Notes under the pieces: model-generated
Told to the model about the DNA's origin: nothing
The model's input: only the letters and a program-made list of their open reading frames with translations
Databases searched by the model: none
From: Felis catus
Taxonomy: Eukaryota
Reading direction: 5' to 3'
Assembly: GCF_018350175.1 (NCBI RefSeq)
Contig: NC_058369.1
Span: forward strand, 6,450,001 to 6,514,000
DNA: 64,000 bases
Program-made: the position numbers and the translations under genes
Shown here: positions 14,601-64,000 of the stretch, in pieces
How positions within the stretch are numbered: the stretch's first letter is position 1
Layout: every line of letters begins with the position of its first letter

Positions 14601-17025
14601 ACTGTTCCGTTTGGAAATTTCTGGAAAGCAGCAATTTCGGGGATAATAAATCTTGAAGTTTTTTTTTTTTTTTTAAACTACAGGCTTTGGAAAGAAATGT
14701 AACAAAATGTTATTAACATATGTCGTGCTATGGAAACATACCTTTGGCTTTCTTTTGCTTTTTACCATATAGCTTCTTAATGAAGAAAACCCAAACCGAT
14801 TTGAACTTTAAAAGGCAAAGAGAAAAAGAAGGTGGCTGTATTTTTCTAAGCCTGTCGCTGCGCTAGTCTTTCTCACTCTTCCAGGGTTTAAATGTCACTT
14901 TGGCTTTTTTTTTTTTTTTAACCTTTTTGTTTTGATGTAGCTTTTAAGTTTACAGATGGGTTGCAAGGATTGTATTCAGATTCATTAGTTGTTATGTTCT
15001 CACCGTATTTTATCTCTAAAGTATTTATGTACAAACCTTATGCACATTTTTTTCTTTTTCCTAAACCATTTGGGACGATTGTAGGCATACTGCCCCTTTA
15101 CCCTTAATTCTTAAACCTACACAGCAGCAGTACAATGATAAGAATCAGAAAATCAACACTGAGGCAGTATTTTAATCCACAGCCTCGTGTATAAACCTCG
15201 TCTCTTGTGCCAGCGTTGTCCTCCTCATCAATACTATTTTTTTCCTGGCCGGGTTTCAGATCTATGACCACACTTCTTATTTAGTCGCTTTGCCTGTTGA
15301 TTTTGTAATAACACAAAAACGATCTTAACCTTCTTAAAAGCTCTCAGCGATACCTGCAGCTCTACATACTTCTGCTGGAACTATTGAGGATAGAATTATA
15401 TAATTGATCAATAACACTTATTAATTGTCTACCAGAGGCTTTTTAAAACTGTGTGTTCAAATAGATGTCAGGGTAGTACACATACATACAGTGAAAAAAA
15501 AAATCAAATTTGCTGGTAGGTAAGGATGTTACTATCTACCCTCCAAACTCATTTCCCTCCCTCCCAGAGGGACATATGTTGCATTTGTCCTTTTCTCTCC
15601 CCCTCCCTGTTTATTTTTAATTTAATTTAATTTTTTATTACAGAGAGAGAGAGTGGGAGAGGGGCAGAGGGAGAGAGAGAGAATCTTAAGCAGGTTCCAC
15701 GCTCAGCACACAGCCTGACACAGGGCTTGATCCCGTGACCCTGGGATCATGACCTGAGCCGAAATCAAGAGTCAGATGCTCAACCAACTGAGCCACCCAG
15801 GCGCCCCATTCCTTCCCACCCCCCATTTAAAGTTATAATTTATATACAGCAGAATCCACTCTTTTTTGGTATAAAGTTGTGCGGATTCTGACGACCATCA
15901 CAGTCAAGATACGGAATGGTTCCTCATCCCCCCAAATTCCCCTGGGCCCCTTTTCATTGCTTCCTCGGTTTCAGCCCCTGGTGACCACTGATGTGTCCAC
16001 AGTCCCTGGATATCCTGTGAAAGGAATCCATTCGTGTATAGCACCTGAGACTGGCTTCTTACCCTCAATACAGTGCATTTGGAATCCCTCCACGGTGTAG
16101 ACATCAACACTTCATTCTTTGTTGATTGCTCAGTAGTGTTCATTGTGCGGAGGTATAATGTTTATCCGTTCCCCAGTCAAGGGATATTTGGGTTGTTTCC
16201 AGTTTTGGGTGATTACCAACGCAGCCACTATAAACACCTGAATACAGGTCTTTGTGTGAACATGGGTTGTTTGTTTGTTTCTATTTCACTTGGGTAAACC
16301 CCTAGGTTGTGTGGTAAGGATAAGAGTATGTATTTATAAGAAACTACCAGACTGGGGCACCTGGGTGGCTCAGTGGGTTACGCGTCCACATTTGGCTCAG
16401 GTCGTGATCTCGTGGTTTGTGAGTTCGAGCCCTGCATTGGGCTCTCTGCTGTCAGTACAGAGCCTGCTTCCGGGCCTCTGCCCCACCCTCTCTCTTACCC
16501 TCCCCTGCTGGTTCTCTCTCTTTCTCTCTTTCTCAAAATAAGTAAACTTTAAATACATCACCCTTTAATCTAAAACCTTAAAATTCTTTAAAAAAGGAAA
16601 GAAGAGGAGAAACTTCTAGACGGTTTAATAAACTAGCTGTCCTGTTTTGCGTCCCCGCTGTGTTTGTGCCTTTCCTTTCTCCACAAATGTGTTACGTTCT
16701 TCAGACACTGCTCTGCACCTTGCTTATGTTGCTTATTGCCATCCTGGAAGTGACTTCAACCTCGGAATGCATCGAGCTGCCTTCGCTTTTTATGGCTGCG
16801 TACTATTCCACTCCTCAGTCCACAGACGTGTATTCACGTGGGCTCTTGCTATGGACCTTCAGGTTGTTTCCAGTCCTTTACTGTTATAAACCCAACTGGT
16901 AATGTCCTGTAGGGTGTAGACTTCTTGTCCAGGTGTCTGTGTGCACACGTTCGCTCTGGTCTGTGGGGTGATTCCTAGGAGAGGAAATACTGGGTCAAAT
17001 TGCACTTGCCTCCTTTGCTTTGGAT

Positions 17026-17064
17026 CTCCTCCTCCTCCTCCTCCTCCTCCTCCTCTTCTTCTTC
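17026..17064. repeat. (CCT)n(CTT)n trinucleotide repeat
   Basis: Read directly from the sequence. Confidence 0.93.
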
Positions 17065-19736
17065 TATTTAATTTTTTTAAACGTTTATTTATTCATTCAT
17101 TTACTTATTTATTTATTCTTTGAGAGAGAGAGAGCGAGTAAGCATGAACAGGGGAGGGGCAGAGAGAGAGGGAGACCCAGAATCCGAAGAAGGCTCCAAG
17201 CTCTGAGCTGTCAGCACAGAGCCCAGTGCAGGGCTTGAACTCACGAACCATAAGACGATGACCTGAGCCAAAGTCGGACGCGCAACCTGACTAAGCCCCC
17301 CAGGTGCCCTTGAATCACCTCTTCTTAAGTAAGTTGACATTCTGGTTGTTGTCTCTCTCTACGGGAGGCATCATTTGGTGGGGAGCATTGCACGCTTGAG
17401 AGGGTCCGGCCAGAGGGTTCCGACACGGCTGGCTTCTCACTCTGTGGATTTGTTTTGGGGTCCATCATCAATCTTCCTGACAGGGTATAGTGGAAAGACC
17501 ACCTGAGATAAAGTTTCAGGAAGGTTGTGGCTGCTTTTGCTAGGGTAACTGGAGGCCAGGGGTTTGGGGAACCTTTAGGGAGAAGTGGGAGGGCACAGGG
17601 CCAACAGCCCAAGGCACCTTGTGGGGCGAAAGGGAGATGGTTGGACAAGGAACTTGTGTGTTTGCAAGACGGGACTGACTGGTGCTGGTCTCTAGGAGGT
17701 CTGGGTGGATGTTCCCTACACAGCATGCACCTGTCCTGGGAAAGTGGGCAGACCCCAGACCGCTTGGCGGTTTCTCGAAGAGGCTGCCATTATCTTTGGC
17801 TGTCTTTGGCAGAAAGAGCCCAGGGTGGTGGCCCTCTGAGCCTGGGCAGCTGGGACGGCTGGGGCTCGGCTGGTGTCTACGAGAGGGAGCAGGTCGAAGT
17901 GCCTGCGGAGAGAAAGTCAGCCCCCTCCTCCATCTGGTTGTTTTCCATCTTGCCCAACCTGTGGTTTTCATAACTCAGCCTGGGGAGGGGGGCAGGGGCC
18001 AGCCCAGCGGCATTTCTATTAAATAAGATGAAAGTACTCGGAAACAGAATGGGAGACACCCAGAGGCGGCTTATCACTATCAAAGCACAGCCTTCAAAAG
18101 TTTGACAACACAACTTTTATGTAAAAAGGAAAAAAAAAAAAAAAAAAAGGGAAAGAACACCCAGAAACACATTTCTTGTAACCCTTTAGTGAGGGGGGCC
18201 CACAGGATGTCAATGCCAAAGCATTTGTGGTCACTGAAATAGGATTGCCCGCTTAGGTTCGGGGCCACTTAAGGTCCCCTGGGGCCACACCATTGTCATC
18301 TGTGAGAGGTCATGTCTTCTGTTGGATAAACGTCATTTACAGCGTATCCATCTATGATGTTTTATTTATTTACCTTTTACAATTTTAAAGTTTTTTTTAT
18401 TTTTACAATTTTTAAATTTTTTTATTTTTGAGAGAAAGAGAGAGACAGAGCGTGAGCGGGGGTGGGGTGGGGGAGGGTCAGAGAGAGAGGGAGACACAGA
18501 ATCTGAAGCAGGCTCCGGGCTCTGAGCCATCAGCACAGAGCCCGACGCAGGGCTCGAACGCACGAACCGTGAGATCATGACCTGAGCCGAAGTCGGATGC
18601 TCAACCGACTGAGCCCCCCAGGCGCCCCTGCTGGGTATCCATCTATGAGATGACGTCTGACTCCCCGGAGCCTAGGCCCTGACAGAAATAGTGACGCAGT
18701 CACAGGTCTGTGTCCCTGAGCAGAGGCCAGTAAGCCATCCAGCCCCTTGCCTGCTTCTGTAAATAAAGTTTTATTGGGCATAGCCCGGCCCGTGCTTGCG
18801 TGACTTCTCTGGGGCCGCTTTGCAGAAAAAGCTGGCCAGCTGTGCCGGAGAGTGAGCTGCTTCTCAGGTGGGCTCCAGGGTGAAGTTGAAAACCCCAGCC
18901 GGGGGCGCCTGGGTGGCGCAGTCGGTTAAGCGTCCGACTTCAGCCAGGTCACGATCTCGCAGTCCGTGAGTTCGAGCCCCGAGCCCCGCGTCAGGCTCTG
19001 GGCTGATGGCTCGGAGCCTGGAGCCTGTTTCCGATTCTGTGTCTCCCTCTCTCTCTGCCCCTCCCCCGTTCATGCTCTGTCTCTCTCTGTCCCAAAAATA
19101 AATAAACGTTGAAAAAAAAAATTAAAAAAAAAAAAAAAAAAAAAGAAAACCCCAGCCGTCCGCCTCCGGCCTTGTGCGCAAGTGTTGAGTATTTTTTCTT
19201 GGCATTGTCTAGGCCGGAAGGCTTATGTGTTTGGGAAGTTTTTGTTGGGCCTTTGCTAATGCTTCTTTTGAACTCAAGGGCTGACCCTTAGACACAGCCC
19301 CAGCCCAGGAAATAGAGCCTTTCCTGCCTGTTCTCACATATGCCTTCCCGGAGGGTGGGGTCTTTGTGGGTCTGAGATAATTATTGTCTGCCTTCTATAT
19401 TGCTTCCTGCCCTTGAGTTTCGGCTCTTGGGTTCCTACAAACAGGTCGTGAGTGATGATAGCGATCATAATAATAGCACCCGTAGTAGCTAATTGGTATC
19501 AGACCGATGTGTGGATCGAAGGATTCTGTGCCTTTTCCACATCATCTTGTTTAGTTGTGAGAAATTAAGGGATTGTTCTCCCCGTTTTACAGACAAGAAA
19601 ACTGAGGCTGTTGCTTTAAAGACATCTTTGTGGTGTGCCTGTGGGGTGGTGGGTGCTGTGTTGCCAAAGTTGAGTGTAGGTCACTTCTTCCCTGGGCCGC
19701 ATGGACCCTGTGGGTGGCCGTGGTGATTCTTTATTT

Positions 19737-20866
19737 CTATTTTTTAATTTAAATCCACGTTAGTTAACATATAGTGTAATAATGATTTCAGGAATAGAAC
19801 CTCGTGATTCATCACTTACATATAACACCCAGTGCTCATCCGAACAAACGCCCTCCTTAATGCCCATCCCCCAGTTAGCTCATCCCCCCCACCCAACACC
19901 CCCTCCAGCAACCCGCAGTTTGTTCTCTGTATGTAAGAATCTCTTATGGTTTGTCTCCCTCTCTCTTTTTATCCTATTTTTGCTTTCCTTCTCTGACATT
20001 CGTCTGTTTTGTTTCTTTTTTTTTTTTCTTAAACGTTTATTCATTTTTGAGACAGAGAGAGACAGAGCATGAATGGGGGAAGGTCAGAGAGAGAGGGAGA
20101 CACAGAATCCGAAACAGGCTCCAGGCTCTGAGCTGTCAGCACAGAGCCCGACGCGGGGCTCGAACCCACAGACCGCGAGATCATGACCTGAGCCGAAGTC
20201 GGACGCTTAACCGACTGAGCCACCCAGGCACCCCTTTAATTTATTTTTTAAATTTTTTAGTGTTTATTTATTTTTGAGAGAGAGACAGGGACAGAGTGTG
20301 AGCAGGGAAGGGGCAGAGAGAGAGGGAGACACAGAATCCGAAACAGGCTCCAGGCTCTGAGCTGTCAGCACAGAGCCCGATGCGGGGCTCGAACTCACGG
20401 ACCGCAAGATCATGACCTGAGCCGAAGTTGGACGCCCAACCGACTGAGCCACCCAGGCGCCCCTCATCTGTTTTGTTTCTTAAGTTCCACATAGGAGTGA
20501 AATGATGTTTGTCTTTCTCTGATTTATCTCGCTTAGCACAAAACCCTCTAGTTCCATCCACGTTGTTGCAAATGGCAAGATTTCGTTCTTTTTGATTGCC
20601 GAGTAATGCTCCATTGTGTATATGTACCACATCTTCTTTATCCATTCATCCATTGATGGCCATTTGGGCTCTTTCCGTACTTTGGCTGTTGTCAATAGTG
20701 CTGCTATAAACGTGGCGTGCATGTGTCCCTTCAAAACAGCACACCTGTGTCCCTTGGATAAACGCCTAGTAGTGCAATTGCTGGGTCGTAGGGTAGTTCT
20801 CTTTTTAACTTTTTGAGGAACCTCCATATTGTTTTCCAGAGTGACTGCACCGGTTTGCATTCCCAC
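19737..20866 (-). mobile_element. Carnivore L1 3' end with two nested SINEs (20015-20463)
   Basis: Minus-strand ORF 20480-20866 gives L1 ORF2 C-terminal motifs (KWPSMDEWIKKMWYIYTMEHYSAIKKNEILPFATTWMELEGFVLSEI), followed by an L1-type 3'UTR. Confidence 0.9.
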
Positions 20867-21601
20867 ATGGTGATTCTTTAGACCCAGGAGTATCAGATTC
20901 AGAGCCTAAAGATCAAGGTTTAGCTTTGGCCCTGCTCCTTCTCAAAAGGGCCTGTCTTCTTGCCTCTGTGAAATGGAGATAATGAGAGGGGGACCTGGGT
21001 GGCTCAGTCAGTTAAGTGTCTGACTCTTGGTTTCAGCTCAGGGCATGATCTCACAGTTTGTGAGTTCGAGTCCCGCATCGGGCTCTGTGCCAATAGCACG
21101 GAGCCTGCCTGGGATTCTCTCTCTCCCTCTCTCTGCCCCTCCCCTGCTTGCTCTCTCTCTCACTTTCAAAATAAACAAAAAAACAATAAAAAAAAAAAAA
21201 GAAATGGAGATAATAGCACTTACCCTGTGTCCCTGCTTTATTAGAATTAAGTGAGGGGCGCCTGGGTGGCTCAGTCGGTTGAGCGTCCGACTTCAGCTCA
21301 GGTCACGATCTCGCACTCCGTGAGTTCAAGCCCTGTGTCAGGCTCTGGGCCGATGGCTCAGAGCCTGGAGCCTGTTTCCAATTCTGTGTCTCCCTGTCTC
21401 TCTGCCCCTCCCCCGTTCATGCTCTGTCTCAAAAATAAATTAAAAAAAAAAAAAGAATTAAGTGAGATTCTAATGGGTGATATGTAATCCCTAAAAAAAA
21501 CCTACACAGACATTCCCCCATCGCCCCACTTTGCTCCTATTAGAGCTTCTTAGTTCTTTTTGGGTCCGTGACACAAAAAATCCGAATATGCACCCATGTA
21601 T

Positions 21602-22625
21602 CGATGCTCTGATTTTTTTTTTTTAATTTTTTTTTTAACGTTTATTTATTTTTGGGACAGAGAGAGACAGAGCATGAACGGGGGAGGGGCAGAGAGAGAG
21701 GGAGACACAGAATCGGAAACAGGCTCCAGGCTCCGAGCCATCGGCCCAGAGCCTGACGCGGGGCTCGAACTCACGGACCGCGAGATCGTGACCTGGCTGA
21801 AGTCGGACGCTTAACCGACTGTGCCACCCAGGCGCCCCCTACGTTTTCTTTTCTATATGTTTATTTATGTATTCATTAAAAATTTTTTTTTTCAACGTTT
21901 ATTTATTTTTGGGACAGAGAGAGACAGAGCATGAACGGGGGAGGGGCAGAGAGAGAGGGAGACACAGAATTGGAAACAGGCTCCAGGCTCTGAGCCATCA
22001 GCCCAGAGCCTGACGCGGGGCTCGAACTCATGGACCGCGAGATCGTGACCTGGTTGAAGTCGGATGCTTAACCGACTGCGCCACCCAGGCGCCCCCTACG
22101 TTTTCTTTTCTATATGTTTATTTATGTATTCATTAAAAAAATTTTTTTTCAACGTTTATTTATTTTTGGGACAGAGAGAGACAGAGCATGAACGGGGGAG
22201 GGGCAGAGAGAGAGGGAGACACAGAATTGGAAACAGGCTCCAGGCTCCGAGCCATCAGCCCAGAGCCTGACGCGGGGCTCGAACTCACAGACCACGAGAT
22301 CGTGACCTGGCTGAAGTCGGACGCTTAACCGACTGTGCCACCCAGGCGCCCCCTACGTTTTCTTTTCTATATGTTTATTTATGTATTCATTAAAAAAATT
22401 TTTTTTCAACGTTTATTTATTTTTGGGACAGAGAGAGACAGAGCATGAACGGGGGAGGGGCAGAGAGAGAGGGAGACACAGAATCGGAAACAGGCTCCAG
22501 GCTCCGAGCCATCAGCCCAGAGCCTGACGCGGGGCTCGAACTCATGGACCGCGAGATCGTGACCTGGTTGAAGTTGGATGCTTAACCGACTGCGCCACCC
22601 AGGCGCCCCCGATGCTCCGATTTTT
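21602..22625 (-). mobile_element. Tandem array of four young feline CanSINEs (257-bp period) inside one TSD
   Basis: Four near-identical SINE bodies. The spacer starting tacgttttcttttctatatg begins at 21840, 22097 and 22354. Flanking direct repeat CGATGCTCYGATTTTT at 21602 and 22610. Confidence 0.95.
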
Positions 22626-23389
22626 GCGTGTATATTTTCACCATTTGTGGGGCACCTGCGGGAGGGGATGGGTCTTAGATGCCCTCTTGAGCCAGCGGCT
22701 AAAAGTTGGGTGCTTGGAACTGCTCCAAAGCTGTCGCTTTTGCCTCCTCTCTGGCTTGTCGGAGATGTGTCTGCTGAACTGCAGGTGCAAGCCTCGTTCG
22801 GAGTGAGTGTCGTGGCAGTCGGTGTAGCGGGTGGAGACGTGGCCTGTCTCTAGCCTTCCCTCTAGACTCACAGTCAGCAAGCGGCCAGGATCGTTTCTGA
22901 GAGCGAGAAATACTACAAGAAAAATGTCATCACATAAGGTGCTGGCACACGGTTGGGCAGGAGCGAGTGACTTCCAGCGGGAAGGTCGGAGAAGGTCTTT
23001 CAAGAGTCCTGGGGCGGGGAGGACGGGAAGGAGTCAGTCACGGGAGGATCACAGCCAGGGTGCTTCAGCCAGTCGTGACAGCAGATGCAAAGGTCCTCGG
23101 GCAGGACCGAGCAGGGGTCGCGGGGTGGATGAAGCAGGGGGTGGGGGCGTTGGGTGGGGGAAGAGAGGAGATTCAAGTGGCTGCTGTCTGGGCCCCGGGG
23201 GACGGACTCTGAGAGGCCAGTGCAGGCTAGACCTCTCAGCCTTGGTGAGGAGTTCACTTTCCTTCTCGAAGCCTGTGCTGTCCGGTGCACGACCCAGTGG
23301 CTACTGTGGCTGGTAAAATTAAGAGCAAGAATGAACAATGAAAAGTTTAGTCCCCCAGTGGCACTTGGAACCCCTGTGCCTTCTTGGTG

Positions 23390-24120
23390 GGACAGTAAAA
23401 TGGTGCGGCTGCTGTGGAAACCAGTGTGGCGATTCCTCAAGAAATTACAGACAGAATTACCGTGTGATTCAACGACTCTGCTTCTGGGTATATACATAAG
23501 AGAATTGAAGGCTGAGTCTTGAAGAGACGTTTGGGTAGCTGTGATCTTAACAGCAGGTGGAAACATCCCCAGTCAGTGCCGACTGATGGATGAGGGAATC
23601 AAGAAAATGGTATATACACACAACAGAATGCTTTTCACCCTTAAGAAGGAAGGAAATTCTGACAGTTGCTACAACGTGGATGAGTCTTGAAGACAGTACG
23701 CGCAGTGGAAGAAGCCAGTCACAAAAAAGCCAGTCCTATGATTCCACTTGCAGGATTCCTGTCCACAGAGATCGAGAGTAGATGGTGGGAGCTGGGGGTG
23801 GGGAAGGAGGTGGGGAGGCAGTGTTTCATGGGGACAGAGTCTCAGTTTGGGGAAGGTGAGAAAGTTCTGGAGACAGGTGGTAGGAGTGGTTGCATGACAG
23901 TGTGAATATACCTGGTGCCTCTGAGCCGTGCCCTTAAAAATGGTTTTAAGGTGGTCAGGGCGCCTGGGTGGCTCAGTCCGTTAAGCATCTGACTTCGGCT
24001 CAGGTCATGATCTCGCGGTTCGTGAGTTCGAGCCCCGCATCGGGCTCTGTGCTGACAGCCCAGAGCCTGGAGCCTGCTTCGGATTCCGCGTCTCCCTCTC
24101 TGCCTCTCCCCAGCTTGCGT

Positions 24121-24152
<32 letters not shown>

Positions 24153-24230
24153 AAAAATAAGCAAACGTGACAAAAATGGTTAAGATGGTCAGTTTTATGC
24201 TATGTGTACTTTGCTACGATTAAAAAAAAA
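23390..24230 (+). mobile_element. L1 (L1MB-like) 3' end with SINE insertion
   Basis: LWKPVWRFLKKLQTELPCDS and KWYIHTTECFSPLRRKEILTVATTWMSLE motifs, plus gggacagagtctcagtttggggaag 3'UTR. Confidence 0.85.
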
Positions 24231-25886
24231 TCGGTTCCTCATTGCACTAACCGCACACGACAGCCACAGGGAAGAGGTAGCTACTGTGTTGGGCAGTGCA
24301 GCCTGAGAACATTACTGTCCTCGTAGGAAGTTCCAGCCGACGGTGCTGCCCCTGTGTGAACGCGGCTTCCGGGGCCACTTCTGTTTCCCAGGGCGAGTCG
24401 TTGGGGTCCCGCGGGGCCGTGAAGTGGCTGCAACAGCAAGTCTGAGGGCTGGGGGGAGTGGGGGTCAGGAACACTCCCCAGCGTCCAAACCTTGTCTCAG
24501 GCCACGCGGAGTGTGTGAGCCGAACAGGCTGTGCCGGGGGGGGGGTCTGTCCAGCCTCAGGGAACCCGCCTGTGTGCGGACAGATCTGCCGACAGCCTGG
24601 GAAAGGAGGGACTGAAATCAAGGGGTAATTAGGAAGCGACGTGTGGCGAGACGTGGGGAGAGAAGGGATAGGTGATGAGCCACTGTGGGAAGCCAGGGCA
24701 GAGTCCAGCCTTTGGTGGACAAGCTCACTTGCGTGGGACAAGAAACTGCCCCAGCCACAAAATCTATGCAAGCCTCTGAGCTCTGCATCTGCAGGGCCTT
24801 CCCCTTTCTTCCTGTTCATTATCTCCTTCATTTGCAACCGAAACGTCCCCCTCCCCTTACCTCCAGCCAGGAGCTCAGTACCTTCTACCTTAGCAGGTAC
24901 CCATTTGTGTGTTTGGGTAACTAATCTGCCTCCGCCGTTAGACCTCGCGCTCCGGCAGGTGGGTCTGCGGCCACCTTGTCCCTTGGCTGCGGTATCTAGA
25001 TCGGGGCGGTCAGATGGCCGTTGAAGCGATAAATGACCGCTGGCCCGTTAGCTTCACCTTCTCGTACCTTGGTTTCCCCGTTTGTAACATGGAGAAAATG
25101 GACACAACGATATATCTGGTTATATGGCGGTATTAAAGCCGCATGCCGGAGCCGGCTGGCCAGAACCCGATGATCACGTTTTCAGGAGATGTGTGCCCTG
25201 GTTATTGAGGAAGCGGTGATCAAAACGTGCATGATGCAGACTTAACAAATTACGTTAAAAACAAAGGTAATGGATCCTCACCACTTCCTATGATCTCACT
25301 ACATTTTTCTGTTCCTTGTGCCCTTGAGGTTATTTGCTACTGTTACCGCTCTATGGTGGATACGCTGTTTAATGCTCTGCTACAGTGTGTATCTCTTTGT
25401 TTTTTAAGTTTCTTTATCCCGAGAGAGAGCGCCTGCAAAGGGGGAGGGGACAGAGAGAGAGAATCCCAAGCAGGCTCGGCACTGACGGTGCGGAGCCCGA
25501 CGCGGGGCTGGAACTCACAAACCCGTGAGATCGTAACCCGAGCTGAGATCACGAGTCGGATGCTTAACCGACTGAGCCACCCAGGCACCCTGATAGTTAG
25601 TACTGTCTCTTACTGGTTCCATGTGCAACAGTATCTCTGGTACCTTAAAATGGAGCAAGGCGGGGGTGTTTACACCGTGGAAATTTGCAGAGGCTGCAGG
25701 TGGGAACCTCTCTGCCTTCCTCTCCGGAGCGGTCTTAAATGTTTACGAGCACGCCGCAGGTTTGGGGGACTGCTGTCGAGCAAGCATGGTAGACCTGAGA
25801 CTCTCGCTGTTATTATTTTGTTTGGCTTCCCCCTCCCTCCTCCAGACTCTCTGTCTGTGCACACGGCACCCGGGCGAAGCTGTTGA

Positions 25887-62509
<36,623 letters not shown>

Positions 62510-63309
62510 TGACCGTGGGATAATAAGAGGATCCCCCTGGAAACGAAAGGAGGTTTCAGTGGCATTATGAATGCCAAGTGGCTGGCACAGGGCATGTCTG
62601 ATTAACACATTAGCTCCTGTTACTAGGGTCTCAGTATTTGTTTCTAATGTTTATTTACTTTTGAGAGAGAGAGAGAGACACAGGGTGTGAGCAGAGGAGG
62701 GGCAGAGAGAGAGGGAAACACAGAATCCGAAGCAGGTTCCAGGTTCCGAGCTGGCAGCACGGAGCCCGACACGGGGCTCAAACCCATGAACCATGAGATC
62801 ATGACCTGAGCTGCAGTCGGATGCTTAACCGACTGAGCCACCCAGGCGCCCCTCAGTATTTGTTTCTAGATGGGCTGTGTCCTCCAAGGGAGGATGGGGG
62901 AACTCACCTACTTGGTCTCAGATGTGCTCTTAATATGCAGGCAGTAAGTTGCTGCCCCTGGGTGAGCACAGTAAGGTGGGAGGGTGGGGAAGGCTGAGCT
63001 GATCAGGGAAGGCTTCCTGGAGGTGGTGACATCTTGACTGAGACCTGGAAGAATGCACAAGTGGGAACAAAAGAGGAAGGTTATCCTGAGATGCGTGGCA
63101 GGAGCCCAGACACTTGAATGAGTAAACAAACAAATAACTTGGAAGGAGGGGAGATTCTAGACCAGGAGGAGCGGGAGCTTGGGTGGGAGGAGTGAGACAA
63201 GCCTTCTGCTTGGCTGGCTGGATTCTCATACCCCAGGCACGGTGGACTTCGGAGAGTGGGAAGGCTCTGGCCGGGGTCAGGGCGGGGAGAAGCATCCTGA
63301 CCCCAGCTG

Positions 63310-64000
63310 GGAGGGCTACACGGTGAATCTGATGCTGCCTGGTAGAGTTCACAGAGACCCTGCCGGCTTAGGAGCAGGGTTCCCAGCAAGACTGCCCTCA
63401 CTTCCAAAGCCAGATGCAAGTTGGGGGTTCTCCAAGTCCCCCACGCCCCGACCAACCGGCAACAAACTCAGAGCTTCCCATGCCCCCCCCCCCCAGATTC
63501 AATCATCTGCTGGATCAGCTCACAGAACTCAGGCAAGTGCCATCTTAACAGGACGGTTTTCTTATAAAGGCTGTAGGTGAGGACCACGCAAATGAAGAGA
63601 CACATAGGGGAGGGTCCAGGACACTGAGCTGTGTCTCCTCCCCCTGGAATCAGGACGTGTTGCGTCACCCTCCTGGCATGTGGCTGTCTTCACAGCCAGG
63701 AAGCTCCTCTGAGCTAAGGTGCTGAGAGTTGCATTACGCAGGCGGTACCAATCGCATCGTTGGTTGTGTGATAGGAGTCCTTCCCCAGCCCCTCCGTACT
63801 CTGGAGGTCAGGCTGGCTCAAGTCCCAGCCTTCTGATCACATGCTTGGTCTGCTGGTGACCAACCCCCGTCCTGGGTCAGCCCATCTCGTAGCATAAGCT
63901 CAGGTATGTTCCCAGGGGCTCGTCAATAACAAAGACACTTACTGTTACCCAGGTCAGCTCAAGGATTTGGGGTCTCTCTCTTAAGAACCAGGGATGCCAT
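63310..64000. mobile_element. MER21-like ERV LTR relic (related fragment ~30040-30265)
   Basis: caagactgccctcacttc...gctcacagaactcagg...ttataaagg...gaagagacacataggg motifs resemble the MER21 family as recalled. Confidence 0.6.

Noticed and set aside
21613..22610. Repeat-spacer periodicity resembling a CRISPR array
   Set aside because: Mammalian DNA. The repeats are ~200-bp SINEs and the spacers are identical, not unique.

Overview
Eukaryotic (mammalian) genomic DNA, almost certainly a felid: it carries about 55-60 carnivore tRNA-derived CanSINEs of the feline type. The whole window lies inside the insulin receptor gene INSR on the + strand. It opens in the large intron 2 (1-25911), contains coding exons 3-14 and ends in intron 14. 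The coding exons span the cysteine-rich domain, L2, FnIII-1/2, the insert domain with alphaCT, the 36-nt alternative exon 11, the RKRR furin site and the start of the beta chain. All 12 exons have AG/GT boundaries and join in frame. Introns are filled with SINEs, L1 relics, MER/Tigger DNA transposon fossils, LTR relics and microsatellites. I found no novel multi-gene system. The most unusual observations are a four-copy tandem CanSINE array with A-B-A-B structure inside one target-site duplication, a promoter-like CpG island deep in intron 2, a candidate 14-nt frameshifting microexon in intron 10, a divergent exon-11 peptide, and a ~580-bp almost pure pyrimidine tract. Repeat family names and human comparisons come from recalled consensus sequences, not database searches.
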